A stretch of 63,127 nt of DNA, filler included, from Dugesia japonica (GCA_001938525.1; 5 parts of 5 records of this genome joined end to end with filler, not necessarily neighbours in it); one strand, 5' to 3'; counted from the first letter of the whole stretch, positions 37,708 to 52,084 are shown. Translations and numbers: made by a program. Notes: generated by a model from the letters alone, not told the origin.

Positions 37708-40140
37708 AATAAAATCGAAATTAATGAAGAAGAAATTCCAACAATTAGTAAAAGTTCTATGAAATTAGAATTCGACTATCCGATTACTTCATTGTCAATT
37801 GAAACAGAAAATCCAAATAACATCCGAACTGGATCATTATTGAAGGAAAATGGTTACGATATTAAAAATGTACTCAATATGGATAGCAATGATGAGTTGG
37901 GTTTGAATAATTCATTGGAAGACAATAATATGAAACGAATCAAATGTTTTTGTGAAGAAGAATTTTTCAGTATTTTAGATTTGATTTCCCATTTAAAAAC
38001 TTGTCAACAAGGTCGAGATATAAAATTGAATCCGTTTTTGAAATGGGCAACAGAATCATTAGAGCCTTTATCAGTCGAGGAAAGTCCAATAAAGATACAC
38101 TCGGTGAGTTCTAGTGCATCGGAGGCCTTAGATTTAAGTAAAAAATCCCCAACTGTTGACCATGTAGAACCGATAATAAAAGTAACGAATTTATTAGACG
38201 GAAATCATGAAACAATTAAATGGCATTGTCCAGAATGTAAATTCATTTGCAGCAATAAAATTCTTCTATTAGAACATTTCGACTGTGAACATAAAGAAAG
38301 CGGTTCATTTTCGTGTACATGTGGCCACATTAACGATTGGTTGCCGTCGTTTCTGCGACACTATATTGTCTGTAAAGTTGCAGCAACAGATCTCCAAGAA
38401 GAACATAAAGACGATATCAATTTTCAAACTGAACCGAATTTTCATAATTTCGATGTAGATTTCATTAATAAAATGTCCACAACCCATTCGAACTTTTCGA
38501 AATTATATAATAATAGTAGACTTGATTTGTCATTCGGTCTTTTGTCTGGTTTATCGCATCAATTTCTTAATGGTTGGCTAGAACCTTGTAAATTAGATGT
38601 TCCATTGTCTTTTCAAAATAAATGTCCGTGGTGCCAGCGTACTTTTGCAAATGTAACTGAAGCGTCCAATCACATTAATCAATGCAATATCAAACCTTTA
38701 CTGAAATCATTTGATAAACCATTCGGTATTGATTTTCTAAAATCAACAAATTTGCCATTTTCACACTCATCGATTCCGTTGTCGCCGTTTTCAGATAGGC
38801 ATCTATCAACTAATAATGCAACTATTAATGGACCACCACCAGAAAATTCTCGACATTTTAAGTGCAGTCACTGTATAAAATCTTTCAAATCTAAAGCTTT
38901 ACTTGATCAACATATGCATATACATTACCCACCAAAGTACACTTGCAAATATTGTGGAAAAAAATACAGATGGCCTCCTGTGTTTTATCATCATCAAAGA
39001 ACATGTAAAAAACGACCAGCAGCTTTAATTTCATCAACAACTTCATCATCAGGAGGGTGTCTAACATCACTATCAACAACATCTGCTACAATTACAACAG
39101 CTTCTACTTCCTTTTTAGGAAATACATCCAATCTTTCTAATTCTTTACATACTCAAGTTTCATTACCGCATCCACCAAATAAAACGTCTCCGCCAAACTT
39201 GATAATGAACGGATCAAACCCATTTATGCAACATCCGTTGATTAATTTTCCATCTAAGCCATCTTTCCAGCCACTTTATCCCGGAAATAATGGNNNNNNN
39301 NNNNNNNNNNNNNNNNNNNNNNNNNNNNNNNNNNNNNNNNNNNNNNNNNNNNNNNNNNNNNNNNNNNNNNNNNNNNNNNNNNNNNNNNNNNNNNNNNNNN
39401 NNNNNNNNNNNNNNNNNNNNNNNNNNNNNATAAATCCTTTAAATTTCAAATCCATCAATTCAGGATTGGAACACAATCCATTTCTGCACCCAAATGGTTT
39501 GATGCTGCGGCCACCAATTCAGTCACCGTATTTCAATCCGGGATTCCATCAATCAACAATAAAACCAAAAGTGAGTCCACCAATATCTAATCAAACAACT
39601 TCCATTTCATCAAATTTTCTTCAATCAACAGATCCCATCATGGTGGCCTTCGCATCCCCGATAAATTCACAAAAGAATCCAGCTTTTATGCCAGATGCCT
39701 TCTCATTGAATTTGAATTCCAGCAGCTCGACTTCCAATTCCAATACGAGTCCGAATTCCTCCCTCAATAACAATTTGAATCCGAAAAATACTCTCCTTCC
39801 GGCATTGACTAATTTTGATAGACTACTCTCCCATGAAATGGCTCGGATACCTATGCAAAACAGTCCACCATTCAATCCATCACTTCATCCTCATCACCAT
39901 TTTTTTGGAATTGGTAAATCATGCAACCAATGTGGCAAAGAATTCAGCAGTCGATTATCGTTAAAACAGCACATCGAAGGAAAGCACAGTACTGAAGGTA
40001 AATATCAGTGCCCGAGTTGTAGTAAACGCTACAGATGGGGTGCATCATATTATTATCACAAAAAATCATGTATAGCATCCAAAGATTCTATCAGTTCCCC
40101 AAATCCCAGTCCTACAATGACAGAGATGATATTTGACTGA
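37708..40140 (+). CDS. Multi-zinc-finger transcription factor (C2H2/C2HC fingers, ALDLS CtBP-type motif), main exon
   Basis: Intact ~800-aa frame with one N gap. About 8 fingers, e.g. CSHC...HMHIH / CKYC...HQRTC and CNQC...HIEGKH / CPSC...HKKSC. In-frame TTTAG acceptor 51 nt upstream of the track ATG. Confidence 0.9.
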   Translation, partial: NKIEINEEEIPTISKSSMKLEFDYPITSLSIETENPNNIRTGSLLKENGYDIKNVLNMDSNDELGLNNSLEDNNMKRIKCFCEEEFFSILDLISHLKTCQQGRDIKLNPFLKWATESLEPLSVEESPIKIHSVSSSASEALDLSKKSPTVDHVEPIIKVTNLLDGNHETIKWHCPECKFICSNKILLLEHFDCEHKESGSFSCTCGHINDWLPSFLRHYIVCKVAATDLQEEHKDDINFQTEPNFHNFDVDFINKMSTTHSNFSKLYNNSRLDLSFGLLSGLSHQFLNGWLEPCKLDVPLSFQNKCPWCQRTFANVTEASNHINQCNIKPLLKSFDKPFGIDFLKSTNLPFSHSSIPLSPFSDRHLSTNNATINGPPPENSRHFKCSHCIKSFKSKALLDQHMHIHYPPKYTCKYCGKKYRWPPVFYHHQRTCKKRPAALISSTTSSSGGCLTSLSTTSATITTASTSFLGNTSNLSNSLHTQVSLPHPPNKTSPPNLIMNGSNPFMQHPLINFPSKPSFQPLYPGNNXXXXXXXXXXXXXXXXXXXXXXXXXXXXXXXXXXXXXXXXXXXXXXINPLNFKSINSGLEHNPFLHPNGLMLRPPIQSPYFNPGFHQSTIKPKVSPPISNQTTSISSNFLQSTDPIMVAFASPINSQKNPAFMPDAFSLNLNSSSSTSNSNTSPNSSLNNNLNPKNTLLPALTNFDRLLSHEMARIPMQNSPPFNPSLHPHHHFFGIGKSCNQCGKEFSSRLSLKQHIEGKHSTEGKYQCPSCSKRYRWGASYYYHKKSCIASKDSISSPNPSPTMTEMIFD

Positions 40141-41747
40141 AATTATTATTATATGTTGCTTTAATTTTTAATTATTTAACGAAAATTTAAATTTTCTTAT
40201 ACTTCTGTTTCTTTTCAAATCTAGAATACCAAATAAGAGCTGTACACCAAATCTATAAATTGGTAATAATACAATTATATATATATATATATTTATAAAT
40301 ATATCGTCAATTTAGTATATAATGTGGGTCTCATTATCTTCTGTACATTGTTGATTGACAGTAATAATAAATTATTTGAATTTTCATTTTTTTCTATTTT
40401 CTGAATAAAATAATACCGTTTTTTTTATAAATTTTGCTAAACATTTTACATTTGCATTGTTACTACAATGATCACATCCCAAGAGATGATAATGAAGCTT
40501 TTATTTTATTTTTCCTGAACAAATAGTAAGTAATAATAAATTTTTTGTTTAGAAAATTTAATTTTTTTCAGTAATTATTTATACAATTGAATTCAATTTA
40601 CTTTTTGAAAAATGAATTTTAATTTAATGGCATTTTTATTTTAATTCGAATTTTAAAAAAAACTCATAAAATTGATTATATGAAATCATAATTTTTTTTA
40701 TTTTTAATATTTTAAATAATAGACTTAAATTTAGTTTCTATTGAAATTAAGTTTATGAAAATATTTAAATATAAAACTAACATCTGTTTATAATTTTCAA
40801 ATATTTATTCACAGTAGTGGATATTATTCCGTGTTTTTATAACATGCTCAAATATGACAGAAAATTGAAGGAAGTTCCCTAACGGAAAACACTAATGTTT
40901 TGGAGCGATAAATAATTTTTAATTATTCACGATAATTATACAAAGGAAAATAACGGATTATAAAATTGTTATTTTAATTAAAACTACGTTGTTGGTATGA
41001 TTTAAATAGAAGTGTTGAAAATTTCATTTCTTTTAATATTTGCAGTTTAATTAATGTTTTTTTGTTATCCAATTTAAAAAAAATTTACTTTAATGTTGAA
41101 TTCGAAAATTCTTTGTTTAGTAACTTATGAAAATCGTAATTTATTAATATTTTCCGCATATTTAAATACTAATAATTATATTTGATTTATTTCTCAATTG
41201 AGGCATCCTAATTGGATATCGAAATATAATGATAATTTTAATTAAGAATTCAGATAAAGATTTGTAATTACTTATTAATAGTTTGAGGAAATTATTATAA
41301 AGTTTATTGAAATATGCTATAATGAAAAGTTAATGAATATTTTGTTTTGGATATTTTCATAANNNNNNNNNNNNNNNNNNNNNNNNNNNNNNNNNNNNNN
41401 NNNNNNTTAATTAATTAANNNNNNNNNNNNNNNNNNNNNNNNNNNNNNNNNNNNNNNNNNNNATTATTGATTTTTTATGCATTTAACTTTTGGTAAATCC
41501 TTTTGTGAAATTTATTGTACTTTATTTTTTTTAACTCAAAATATTATAAGCTGTATAACCAAATTACATAAATTCAAAAATTTAAATAATTTATTTTTAT
41601 AATTACTTTTGTTTATATAATTGTTTCATTAATGTTATTATTACATTTAAGTAATTAAAAGCTTATCATTTCTTTTCCATTTACTAAGTTCAATCATGCA
41701 AAAATAAAATATTATTACTATTATAATTATTATTATTATTAATATTA

Positions 41748-41784
<37 letters not shown>

Positions 41785-41938
41785 CATTATTATTATTTTT
41801 ATTACAATACTAATACTAGTACTGATACTAATACAAGTATTACTAATACTACCTCTACTACTACTACTACTACTAATAATAATAATAANNNNNNNNNNNN
41901 NNNNNNNNNNNNNNNNNNNNNNNNNNNNNNNNNNNNNN

Positions 41939-41972
<34 letters not shown>

Positions 41973-42002
41973 TTGTTATTATTTCTTTTAAAATGTTTTT
42001 AC

Positions 42003-42285
42003 CTTTTGTTTTATTGGATTTTGACCTAGAATAAAGATCTTCTATATATTGTGCATGAACTGATGCTGCAGTATTTAGAGAATAAGGACCGACAGATGAA
42101 CCGGTAGAATAAAAACAGGAACGATTGGAATTTAAATTATTTCCTTGTCTTACATTATGATCACAAGTGTCTACTTGTGACAAATAATTGGCTCCCATAC
42201 AGCCGACAGCAGCTTCGTTTAAAGAAGACGCGCCATATAATGGCCATGCTGATGACCACAAATATCGAAAATTATCCATTTCCAT
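42003..42285 (-). CDS. Probable first coding exon of an unidentified host gene
   Basis: GC-richer frame MEMDNFRYLWSSAWPLY...YIEDLYSRSKSNKTK ends at an AAG|GTAAAA donor just before a microsatellite. CCAAT (~42740) and ATGCAAAT (~42776) lie upstream. Confidence 0.55.
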
Positions 42286-43405
42286 GAGTAACCTTCAAGG
42301 GAAAAAATCTTCTTTTCAGATGAATGAATGCCGATATGCTTGGTGACTTTTAGTAAAAGAATGATGGCAATAGCAATGAAGCAGAATACTGTCTCTAATA
42401 ACATCACAGTTGGGTAATTATGTCTTTTATGTAGCCGATACTCAGAGTTATTTTAAGATCCTAAGAAGTCTACAACTTTTCTGCTCCAATAAGGTTATGC
42501 AAGAAACTTGGTAGAAAAAACACACATTCATATCACTGTCATGTGTTGATTATTTAATTCACAATTAATGCTAGGAAAAATCAATTATTAAAACGCACGA
42601 TATTACATTGAGCTCAATTAATTTCATTAAAACCAATAGATTATACAATAGATTTTTCTCGATTCTTATTTGTTACTTTTGTATAGAATGGAAAATTACT
42701 TTTTAAACACACATTTAAAGGACATATTTAGATTTCGATTGGTCAGAGAAACATTATCTGCGCAATTTAGTTGGCATGCAAATGCAGTTTGAAAATAAGA
42801 ATAAATTCAAAAATATAATTATTTAAATTATCCCTATTATTATAATAGTTATTTATATTTATTATTGTTATTATTATTATTATAATTATATTACCGCAAA
42901 AATGTGTTTTATCTCTAATTTTAAATAAGTTCAACTTTCTCACCTTTTTTTATCCGTTTCGGAATTGGCGAGAAAATATAAACTTGGTAAATTTTAATAG
43001 TGTTTTACAAAAATTTTGTTGAAGAAAAAATTCCAAATTTGGTTACAAAATTATGCTTATAATTTTTGAAAATTCCAATTATTTCATAGTTTCTAAGATA
43101 AAGGTATTGAATTATTATGATTCGGAAGGCCAGAATTCGTTCTAAAGCCACCATATACATTATAGGTAGCATAAAAACAGGCGTTTCATTTAGTACATTG
43201 TAAGGGTCATTATGGACGCCTTTGTATATTTCCATTGCAATATTAAATTTTTATTACGTTATTTTCTAGGAACTTACTGATTCAACATCATTCAGCCTAT
43301 GTTTGTTTACACCATACAATTTATCGAATAGATATGTTAATAGAGAGAGGTGGAAGATGAATACTATTTTTAGAAAATTAAATTTGAATGAAATATAGTT
43401 TATAA

Positions 43406-43440
<35 letters not shown>

Positions 43441-44079
43441 GGATGAAGATGCTCATAAATCAATAAATTTATGCAATAGAAAATAAAAATTCAAAAAATA
43501 AAAAAACATTGTTAAAAAAATATTCTACAAAATACTAATTTTAATCAATTAGTATAAATTCAATAATAAAATGAATTTTATTAGTATCGAATATTGTAAA
43601 CGTGTGGTAATAAGCTTATATACTGATATGAATGAAACTAAAATTGTAAATAATATACTAAATAAAAATATTGAAAAGTTGAAGAAACATGTTGAAACTC
43701 AAAAAAATGTTATTTTTGAAAAATGAAATTAATAAACTGCGAAACAATATGAAACAATATAAGTTAATACGGGAATGATGAAATATGAGAATTTCACAAA
43801 CGTGATATAATTAAACGATGAAATAATTAAATTAAAATAGCTGATATTGACATGGTGAGAAATCACTCCAAATAGAGAGTGATAAAATGGACTTAATGAA
43901 AAATTTTAATATTTAAATTCAAATGTAATGATTAGATGATTATTTATGAACTATTTAATAATTACTAATTACGTTGTTATAAATTTTATGATTGAGAACT
44001 AGACATTCTAATTTACAGTGAAAAATTGGAAGTTAGTGCCTGGTGAAACTGGTTTCAGTATAGTTAAATCCAGTACTGG

Positions 44080-44272
44080 TGCGATGATCTTCTTCATACA
44101 CGCCCCATTATTTTTCGATGTTTTGTTACTTGTTATCAACTTATCATAATTAAATGTTATCAGTATGCATAATAATATCAGTAGGTTTAATATTAATTTA
44201 TTTATTGCTTATAACTGCCAAATAATTTTTCAAAGTTTCTCTGTTTTAACTGTAATTATCAGATTGATGACA
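44080..44272 (+). repeat. Dispersed repeat, second copy at 46540-46790
   Basis: Shared GATCTTCTTCA...TACACGCCC...GATGTTTTGT.ACTTGTTATCAACTTATCATAAT...ATCAGATTGATGACA. The second copy ends in a GC-rich terminus (46790-46857) resembling a DNA-transposon end. Confidence 0.75.
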
Positions 44273-44879
44273 ATTCAAATCTGGTTTCAGTCAAATTAAA
44301 TTGTTGCATTTTTGTATAAACCTAAACTTTTTTTACAGCAACTTATCACGTCGTGAATATTTTCATTTTTTGACAATGAACATTGGTAGTCTCGAGACTA
44401 TCGCCAAAGAACTCTAAAAACATCTTATAGATTTGCAAAGCGATTCTATTCTCTTATCACGATGTAGGAAAAACATCAAATTTTTGGATTTGTACTGAAA
44501 AAAAATTAACTTGGAAGAAAACGATCGTTTACTAGATCAATTTTTCAATTAGCTATTTGGTGGGATCCAGTTTAAGTAGACTTAATTATTTGCTTTTCAA
44601 AACACGAAATCGTTTAAATAGTGATGACTAAGACTGCCTTTGATTAAGCTTAATGATTTTAAGCCAAGCTTAGAAAAAATAGATATAAATCATTAACCTC
44701 AAGACTCACTGAATTTGACATATAATATTAATTATTTTAAAAAATGAAATTTTTACAGTCAATTTCATAAATGCTGTGTCAAAAATAAAGTTTAACACAA
44801 AATTTAACAGAAGAGTTAAATCCGCTGAAATTACTAGAAAGAGGCTTTTAAAACAGTTGGCATAAGTTTAACTTCAGAT

Positions 44880-45390
44880 AATATATTTGCTTAAAAAATA
44901 TTGCGTCACCGTAATAAATACATTTTGTTTAAAGATGAAATTGAGTTTAATTTAAATACCTAATTCAATTATTGGTATTCACCAGTTAATACTAAAGCAG
45001 TATTATATCAACCGGCGCCAAGGAGCAAAAATATTCTTATCTGTTCGGTAATTTTCATGACAAGAAATGAATATAACATATTTTCAAAGGGGCTTTTAAC
45101 AGACACATTCTTAGATTTTTAAAATCAATGTTTCAAAAAAGAAATATTAGCCAGTTTATTTGTTGTGGTTGTGGAGAATGAAAGAATTCATCAAAACATG
45201 AAAGAAAGTTTAGATAAAAAATATTATAACAGTTTATTTGCCTATTTCTCCTGATTTGAATCCAAAAAATTTGTTTTTTCATGTGTCAAGACTTAATTGA
45301 ATCCTATTGAACCTCGAATAGTTAACAGCACAATTATTAATCAATGTTCAAGGAGTTATGGATTATATAAAAGAAGATTTATATGTAAAA
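44880..45390 (+). pseudogene. Degraded IS630/Tc1-family transposase remnant
   Basis: Reads VVVENERIH (IVMDNARIH-like) and YLPISPDLNP. Confidence 0.45.
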
Positions 45391-48300
45391 AATAAANNNN
45401 NNNNNNNNNNNNNNNNNNNAAAATGATTTTATTCATCGTTTATGTTTGAATTTAGGTGTTAGAAAATCAGTATAAATATTGATACATTTTTAATTTGTCT
45501 CAAAGGACAAATGCTATCTAAATTGATTATGCAGAATCTAACTAAGTTTTAGCGATGTTCAATAAATTATTGACGAATCAGTTGGTTATTTTACAGATTT
45601 CGAAAGTTGAATTAGAACACAATAAATTAAACTAAATCTTTTCTTAAACAGGCATATTTTAAATAAGAATGCAAGAAATTTTCTTTTTAAACCGACCTTT
45701 ACTTGATAATCAAAGTCAAGTTATTTTCATAAGTTGAATTAAAATTTTATTATAAACTTTTGTATTGGAAGCAGCAATATTATTTTGAAAAGGCGTGAAT
45801 TTATGTTTCAAAAGAATTCAGACAACTGGTTTTTTAATTTTTCGACGAACTTCAGTAATTTATAGTATTCCGAACACTAAATAAAGACAATTCCATACTC
45901 GAAGATTAAATAATTTCCGTTTAATTTTTCAAATCCATATTCAATATAAAATCTTATTCCAATATTTTCATGTTTTAAATCTGATTTCGTAAGCTTTTAA
46001 TGTGAAAATTTAATTTTACAATTTATCATTAATGAAAAGTGATATTATTTAAAAAAAAAATTAAATATTTTGATCATGTAAAAACCTAATGCAGTTTTAA
46101 TTCTGCTAGAAATCAATTCTTTATCTATAAAATATTTTGATACGTTTGCACAAGCTATTTTCGAGTTAATTCTTGTAATTCTATTATTGATTGTGATTGA
46201 AAAAATAAGATAATTATGATTGTTAGATGAGTTTGAGATGATTCCATTTAAACATATTAAACAAAAACAATAGATTTAATTTGGTTATTTTAAGCAAATT
46301 ATATCTGCTAAATAATTTAAATTTTCACTTTAACTTGAAGAATTTTTAAAAAAAAATTAAAACAATCCTTATATTATTTCTAGTTTTATGAAAAATGTTT
46401 TATACAAAAATATTTAATTTAAAATCTCAAAGTTTACCACAATCATTAATCTTTTCTTACAATGATTTCTGCGAATTTATGTATTTAATTTGTATCAAGT
46501 ATTTTTAAAATTAATACACATTGCCTTTTTATAATAACTGGAACGATCTTCTTCACCCGCCTGTATGCTTTGAATACACGCCCAATTATTTTTGGATGTT
46601 TTGTCACTTGTTATCAACTTATCATAATCAAAGGTTCTCAGTATGTATAATAATATCAGTTAGTTTTAACATTAATACATTATTTATTGTTTACAACTGC
46701 TAAATTAATTTCAAAGAGTTTCTCTGTTTAAGTTTTAAATTTTTTATTTTATGACTTATGTAAATAATGTAATAATCAGATTGATGACATGGCGTCCTCT
46801 CCACAATGGCGTCCGCCAGCAACGCAGGCTTTGAAGTCCCGATTACGCCGACCCAGTTAAAGATTCAATATATTTATTAGAAATTATTTTTATTGAATAT
46901 TCATTTTGGATTTAAAAATTGAAACATTTAAAATTAATATAAGAATACTTAATTTATATTCTCAATTTATTAAATAAATTCAATTATTTTAATAATTTCT
47001 TGTTTCTTTCAGCTAACACTCAAAATCCGTATTTAAATCTTTATTTAATTTTAGTTCGAATACTTACAAAAGAAAGAAAAAATATGGTAAAGTAATAAAT
47101 TACCCGTTGTCAATGAAAAATGTAATTAAAGAATGCAAATTATAATAAGAATATCTAAATTCATATTTAATCCTAGAATAATAATTAAAACAGATATATT
47201 TTTAATTTCTAATCCATATAGAATGAAAAAAATGCATACAAAAATTCCGTTTACAAGTAAGATTCACTTTATGTAAAGCTATTATTAAATTGAGAATTTG
47301 TCTGTTTGAATAGTAATTTTTTTAATACATACGTCCAAAGTAATTTTTTTTACAAAAGAGTGTTTTTTATATTTTTTCTGCCATAAAAAAATTTAATTAA
47401 AGAAAAATACCACGAGAATACTTTCAACACTATCAGTAGAACAATCTTCAAATGGTTGGCATTACTTCTGCATTAAAAAATGAAATTAGAAGCATAAATT
47501 GAAAACAGTAGATTTAAAAATAACATCATTCATAATGCAAAAATATAAAATAAAAAAAGCTAATAATTAATGAATATAAATTAAAAAGTTATTCCTAACA
47601 AATATTTTCCACAAATTTTATACTGAATATTGAAATTAATCTTTTGTATCGTTTATTCGAAATATTTAATAGCGTTTTTCCGTAATATATAGACAGTAAG
47701 AAAAAAAATCACTTTCAAAAATACTGAAATATAGGCAAAAAAAGTCCATTTGACGTTATATTTAATTTTTTTGACCGATTCCAATCGCTTTTTTCGATTA
47801 ATTATCAATATGAATGGATTTTTTTATTTAAAAATGTGAATAATATCCACATTCATGCCACTTGTTGCGTATAGTTATGATGAAACATTTACTGTGCATA
47901 ATTTTAATCATATTTAATTTGTTGAAATTATACGAAGGTCTATTGCAGATTTTCAATATTATGATCATCAATATATGTAGTTTTCTTTTTTCTATCATTT
48001 CCATTTTTACTTTCCTAATTACCAGTTTCTTAAGAATTTTTGAGAAATTCATTCTTAATTCCAATTATTAAAATGGACTTTGTGAGGAATTAATTTAATC
48101 TTTTAAAAGCTGATAAGATTATTGTTTTGCTTACTTTTAACTTTCTTGAAGAACATTGTCGAAAATTCGAATATTTAATAACAAAATAAAAACAATATTT
48201 TGATCGAATCTTGTAATTTAATGAAATCTCAAATACGATCAAAGTCCAACAATTATTTTCGCCAGTATAAAATAGCTTTTAAAAAAATGCTTTAAAATAA

Positions 48301-51300
48301 TTTATTTTCACTGTGGAATTAGATTTAAAAAAATAATAAATGTAAATTAAAATGCTAAATTATTGAGCATATTAATGTAACAACTGGTTCCCTATTGTCT
48401 ACAGTTGAATATTCAACTTTAAAACATAATATTAAAAAAATGCAAAAACATAATAAATTATTAAATTCTTATTGTTTTGAATTCTTAATAGTAAAATATT
48501 AAAACCAATGAATTACATTTGTATACTTTTATTGAATACTTCTGTATCAAACAACTTCAGTATTATCTTTTTATTTACTAATAAAATTAATTTTATGCCT
48601 CATAAGAAAATGTCATTATAATACCAATTTCAATTTTCTTCATATCAACTTGCCAATTTTATTAAAATTTTTAAGGAAACAAAACTGTGCTTTTAGAAAC
48701 ACAATAATCAATTTAGGTGTAATTAAAATTTTGTTTTGAGATACATTTTATGAAGAGAGATTAATGTATATTGTCGAACAACATTGAATCGTTTTCAAAT
48801 CACGGCTATGGATGAATAATTTTCAAGATTCGATTGACTGCGTATTTTTGATTACCCCTGAGCTCATATGAATTGGAAAAACCAAGAGAGTAAGTGACAA
48901 CATGCTCGATATACACACATTTACTACTTCGAGCAGATCGATTCAGCAACATTCAATCAGACCATAATCTGAACATAATAAATGATCATTCATTTACAAA
49001 CAATATAACGACGGAAATTCCCAAGATAATTGAAAGAAAACATCAGCATTTATATATATATATTTAAAATTTAAAATTATTTATACATTTAAATATTTAA
49101 CCAAAGCTTACCATTTATTTCATTTGGTTTTAGTTTTCCGTTTTCATTGTCAAGTATTTGATTCTTCTTCGATTTAAAATTTGATCGTCTCATTTTGTAA
49201 ACAAAGAATTTTTATAAATTACTGTAATAATAAAAGTCATTTTAAAAAATGAAAATACTCAAATATATTGAAAATGTATTCTTTATTGGAAATTATTTAT
49301 AAAATTAACTGTTATTAAGAGGTTTTATTTTTTATTTTTCTACAGTCTCAGTTTAGAAGTTACATTTAATTAGAGTATATTCTAATTACTCTATACTAAT
49401 AAGAAATTCTGAGAATATCTCAAGAAATTCTACATATTTGTTATCAAAATAAGTTTTCCCGTTGTAGTTTTATTATTTTGACAAAATATTTTTGTTTAAC
49501 TCTTGTTAAATATTTACATTTTTATACAAATTTTCCAATTAGTATTAATCAACACATATTTGTGCAAATATTTATATCAGAAATAAGCGACTGTAAGACA
49601 TTATTAACTTTACATTTCAGTCCATCACATGATTAACAGTTATTAATAGTAATTNTGTTTAATAGGTAGCCAAAGGCTAAAATTTACTAATTAGAAAAAC
49701 AAAAATAAGAATTTGTTATGAATTTATTTTCAATGTATTAATTAAGTTTAATTATTGTATATAATATAATTATATTGTATATAATATATAAAGTTAGCTC
49801 ATTGTAAATTAATTAAAGTTTCTCAATTTTAGTGGTCGTAAGTTGTAAAAATTTCTTAAATGATAAAATATTTTCAATAAATACGTATGTAGGTAATATT
49901 AATTTTAACTAAATATTAAAAAATTCATGAAACAAAATTTTATTTTCAATTTCTCATTGATTTAAATTTATTGTTTTCGATAATTATCTTATTTTAATAC
50001 TTTTAATAGATAGATGAAATTAACATTTTAAGATGCCAAAAGCTAAAACTTGCAATTCATATTATGAGATAATACAAACAATAAAAATTCACGATAAGCG
50101 ACACTAAAAATATTTTAATATTAACATATCTTAAATGCTCATGTTTTGNNNNNNNNNNNNNNNNNNNNNNNNNNNNNNNNNNNNNNNNNNNNNNNNNNNN
50201 NNNNNNNNNNNNNNNNNNNNNNNNNNNNNNNNNNNNNNNNAAAAAAAAATCAATTTTGTTAATTTAAATACGATATAATACATACTCAGCACAATTGTAT
50301 TTAAATCATTTATAATTTTATGCGATTCATACTAGGTCTAATAGTCCTGTTTAGAATACAATATCAGTGTATAATCAAAATTGTTGGTACGGTACCGATC
50401 ATTGTTTTTCTGCAACAAATTGAAAACTGACAAACTATATTGTTACACACCAATACATTGAGCGTATAAAATGTAATTGCAAATAAACTTGTTGTAACTT
50501 GTTTAATGCAGTCACTATGCTCTTCACGCTACCTAAAAAATATTTTATACTTCACAGCAAAATTGTAATATTGATGTTGAACAATAAAATTTGATATCTA
50601 AATATTATTGTTATGGAAATCATTTAAAATAATATCTTTGTATTACTTTAAATAAAGTTTCATCGAAAATTTAAATTGAGTTTCGTTCTTGATTATCCAT
50701 GTATTATCTATATGTTAAGTTTGTTAACTTTAATAATCTCAGATAAGATAGTAATACAATTTACTGGTAAAATTGTGATAGTTTACTAGAAATAACTTAT
50801 TGTTTATAGGAATTATGTAAAGGTAATTCTTGTTTGATTTACGAAATGAAAACGTTAAAGTTTTATTTATCAGACTTCAACAGATTATATCCAATAATAT
50901 AATAGATGGTATTTAAAATTCATAATTCGATTTGTCGCTTTATAGAATATTCCAAAAATAATTGCTCTTGTAAGTCAAATATTTTTTTTTCTTAATAAAA
51001 TTAGATCCGCATCACTGAATTCGTTACGTTTCTTTTTAATCCAAAATTATTGTTATAATTTAAATATTTTGAAACGCTATTTTAGAGAGTTGTTGAAGTC
51101 CACTATTATTTAAAATTGTACAGATATAATCATTCTCTCCTCCTCAATGGGTGATTTCCAGAGCATTTTCATGGATTATAGATTTTATTACGTTTTCCAG
51201 TCATATAAGTGATAGCTGTTAATTTATCGATGTGTTGAGATAAGTTATAATGGAATTTGTTGGATATTCTAAAGGTAAACGACCACTGAATTGAAAAACC

Positions 51301-51915
51301 AAACGGCAGTAAGAATAGAAAAATGTAAAAAGAGTAAATCCACAAGAGTAATAATAGAACTATTGGGAAAGGAAATATCTTCGATTAAAGAATCAATTGT
51401 TTTAAAGGTTAAAAATAAAGAAATAACATACCAGAAAGAAAACAGAAGTAGCAAAGTAAAAATTACGAATAAAAAATAAACAAAAATAAAATGCGAATAA
51501 ACAAGAGTAAGTCAAAAATCAAATAACTAATTTCGAATAATGAGGAAGTTAAATAATCATTGTCATGATATTATAAGGATAGTGCTGAGAGTATTATTTT
51601 TAGACAAATTGCTGCACTAAATAAAGAAAATTCTGTTGAGTACGGAAGACTCACCTATAATACATGGACTTGAAAGTTACACGTGTAAATAATTATTTGA
51701 GTTGGCGTTCTATGCGTGTCATTATTAAACATTATTTCTTGTTATCTTTTATCGTTTGTTAAGATTCAATATAATCTTGGGAGTTCCTTACATACCCACA
51801 AGCATTTAATCAAGTTTCCCCCTCTTGATTTTCTCAAGAAAGTTGGTGATTCCAAATCTATAAAGTACATGACTTTTTCTCTTTGGTTTTATTTCCATTA
51901 AAGACTACAAATCTT

Positions 51916-52084
51916 ATTAAAATAAAAGCTTTGATCAAATTATTTTTTGTTTTTGATATTATTTAGAATTGTCGACTTAGTCTTCGTTAGGAATTGACAT
52001 TTTTCTATTCCTGACGAAGACTAAGTCGACAATTCGAAATATATACAAAAACAAAAAAAAGTTGATTGAAGCTTTTATTTTAAT
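51916..52084. mobile_element. Inverted pair of Penelope-like pLTR fragments (long hairpin) with hammerhead-like cores
   Basis: Arms of ~75 bp: GAATTGTCGACTTAGTCTTCGTTAGGAAT / ATTCCTGACGAAGACTAAGTCGACAATTC, extending to ATTAAAATAAAAGCTT / AAGCTTTTATTTTAAT. Confidence 0.75.

Noticed and set aside
41647-42002. 3' part of the 212-aa ORF
   Set aside because: Read-through past the splice donor into microsatellite and gap.
50380-50540. Minus-strand KTMIGTVP resembling a kinase activation loop
   Set aside because: It has no DFG or APE, lies downstream of the kinase last exon and is across a linker.
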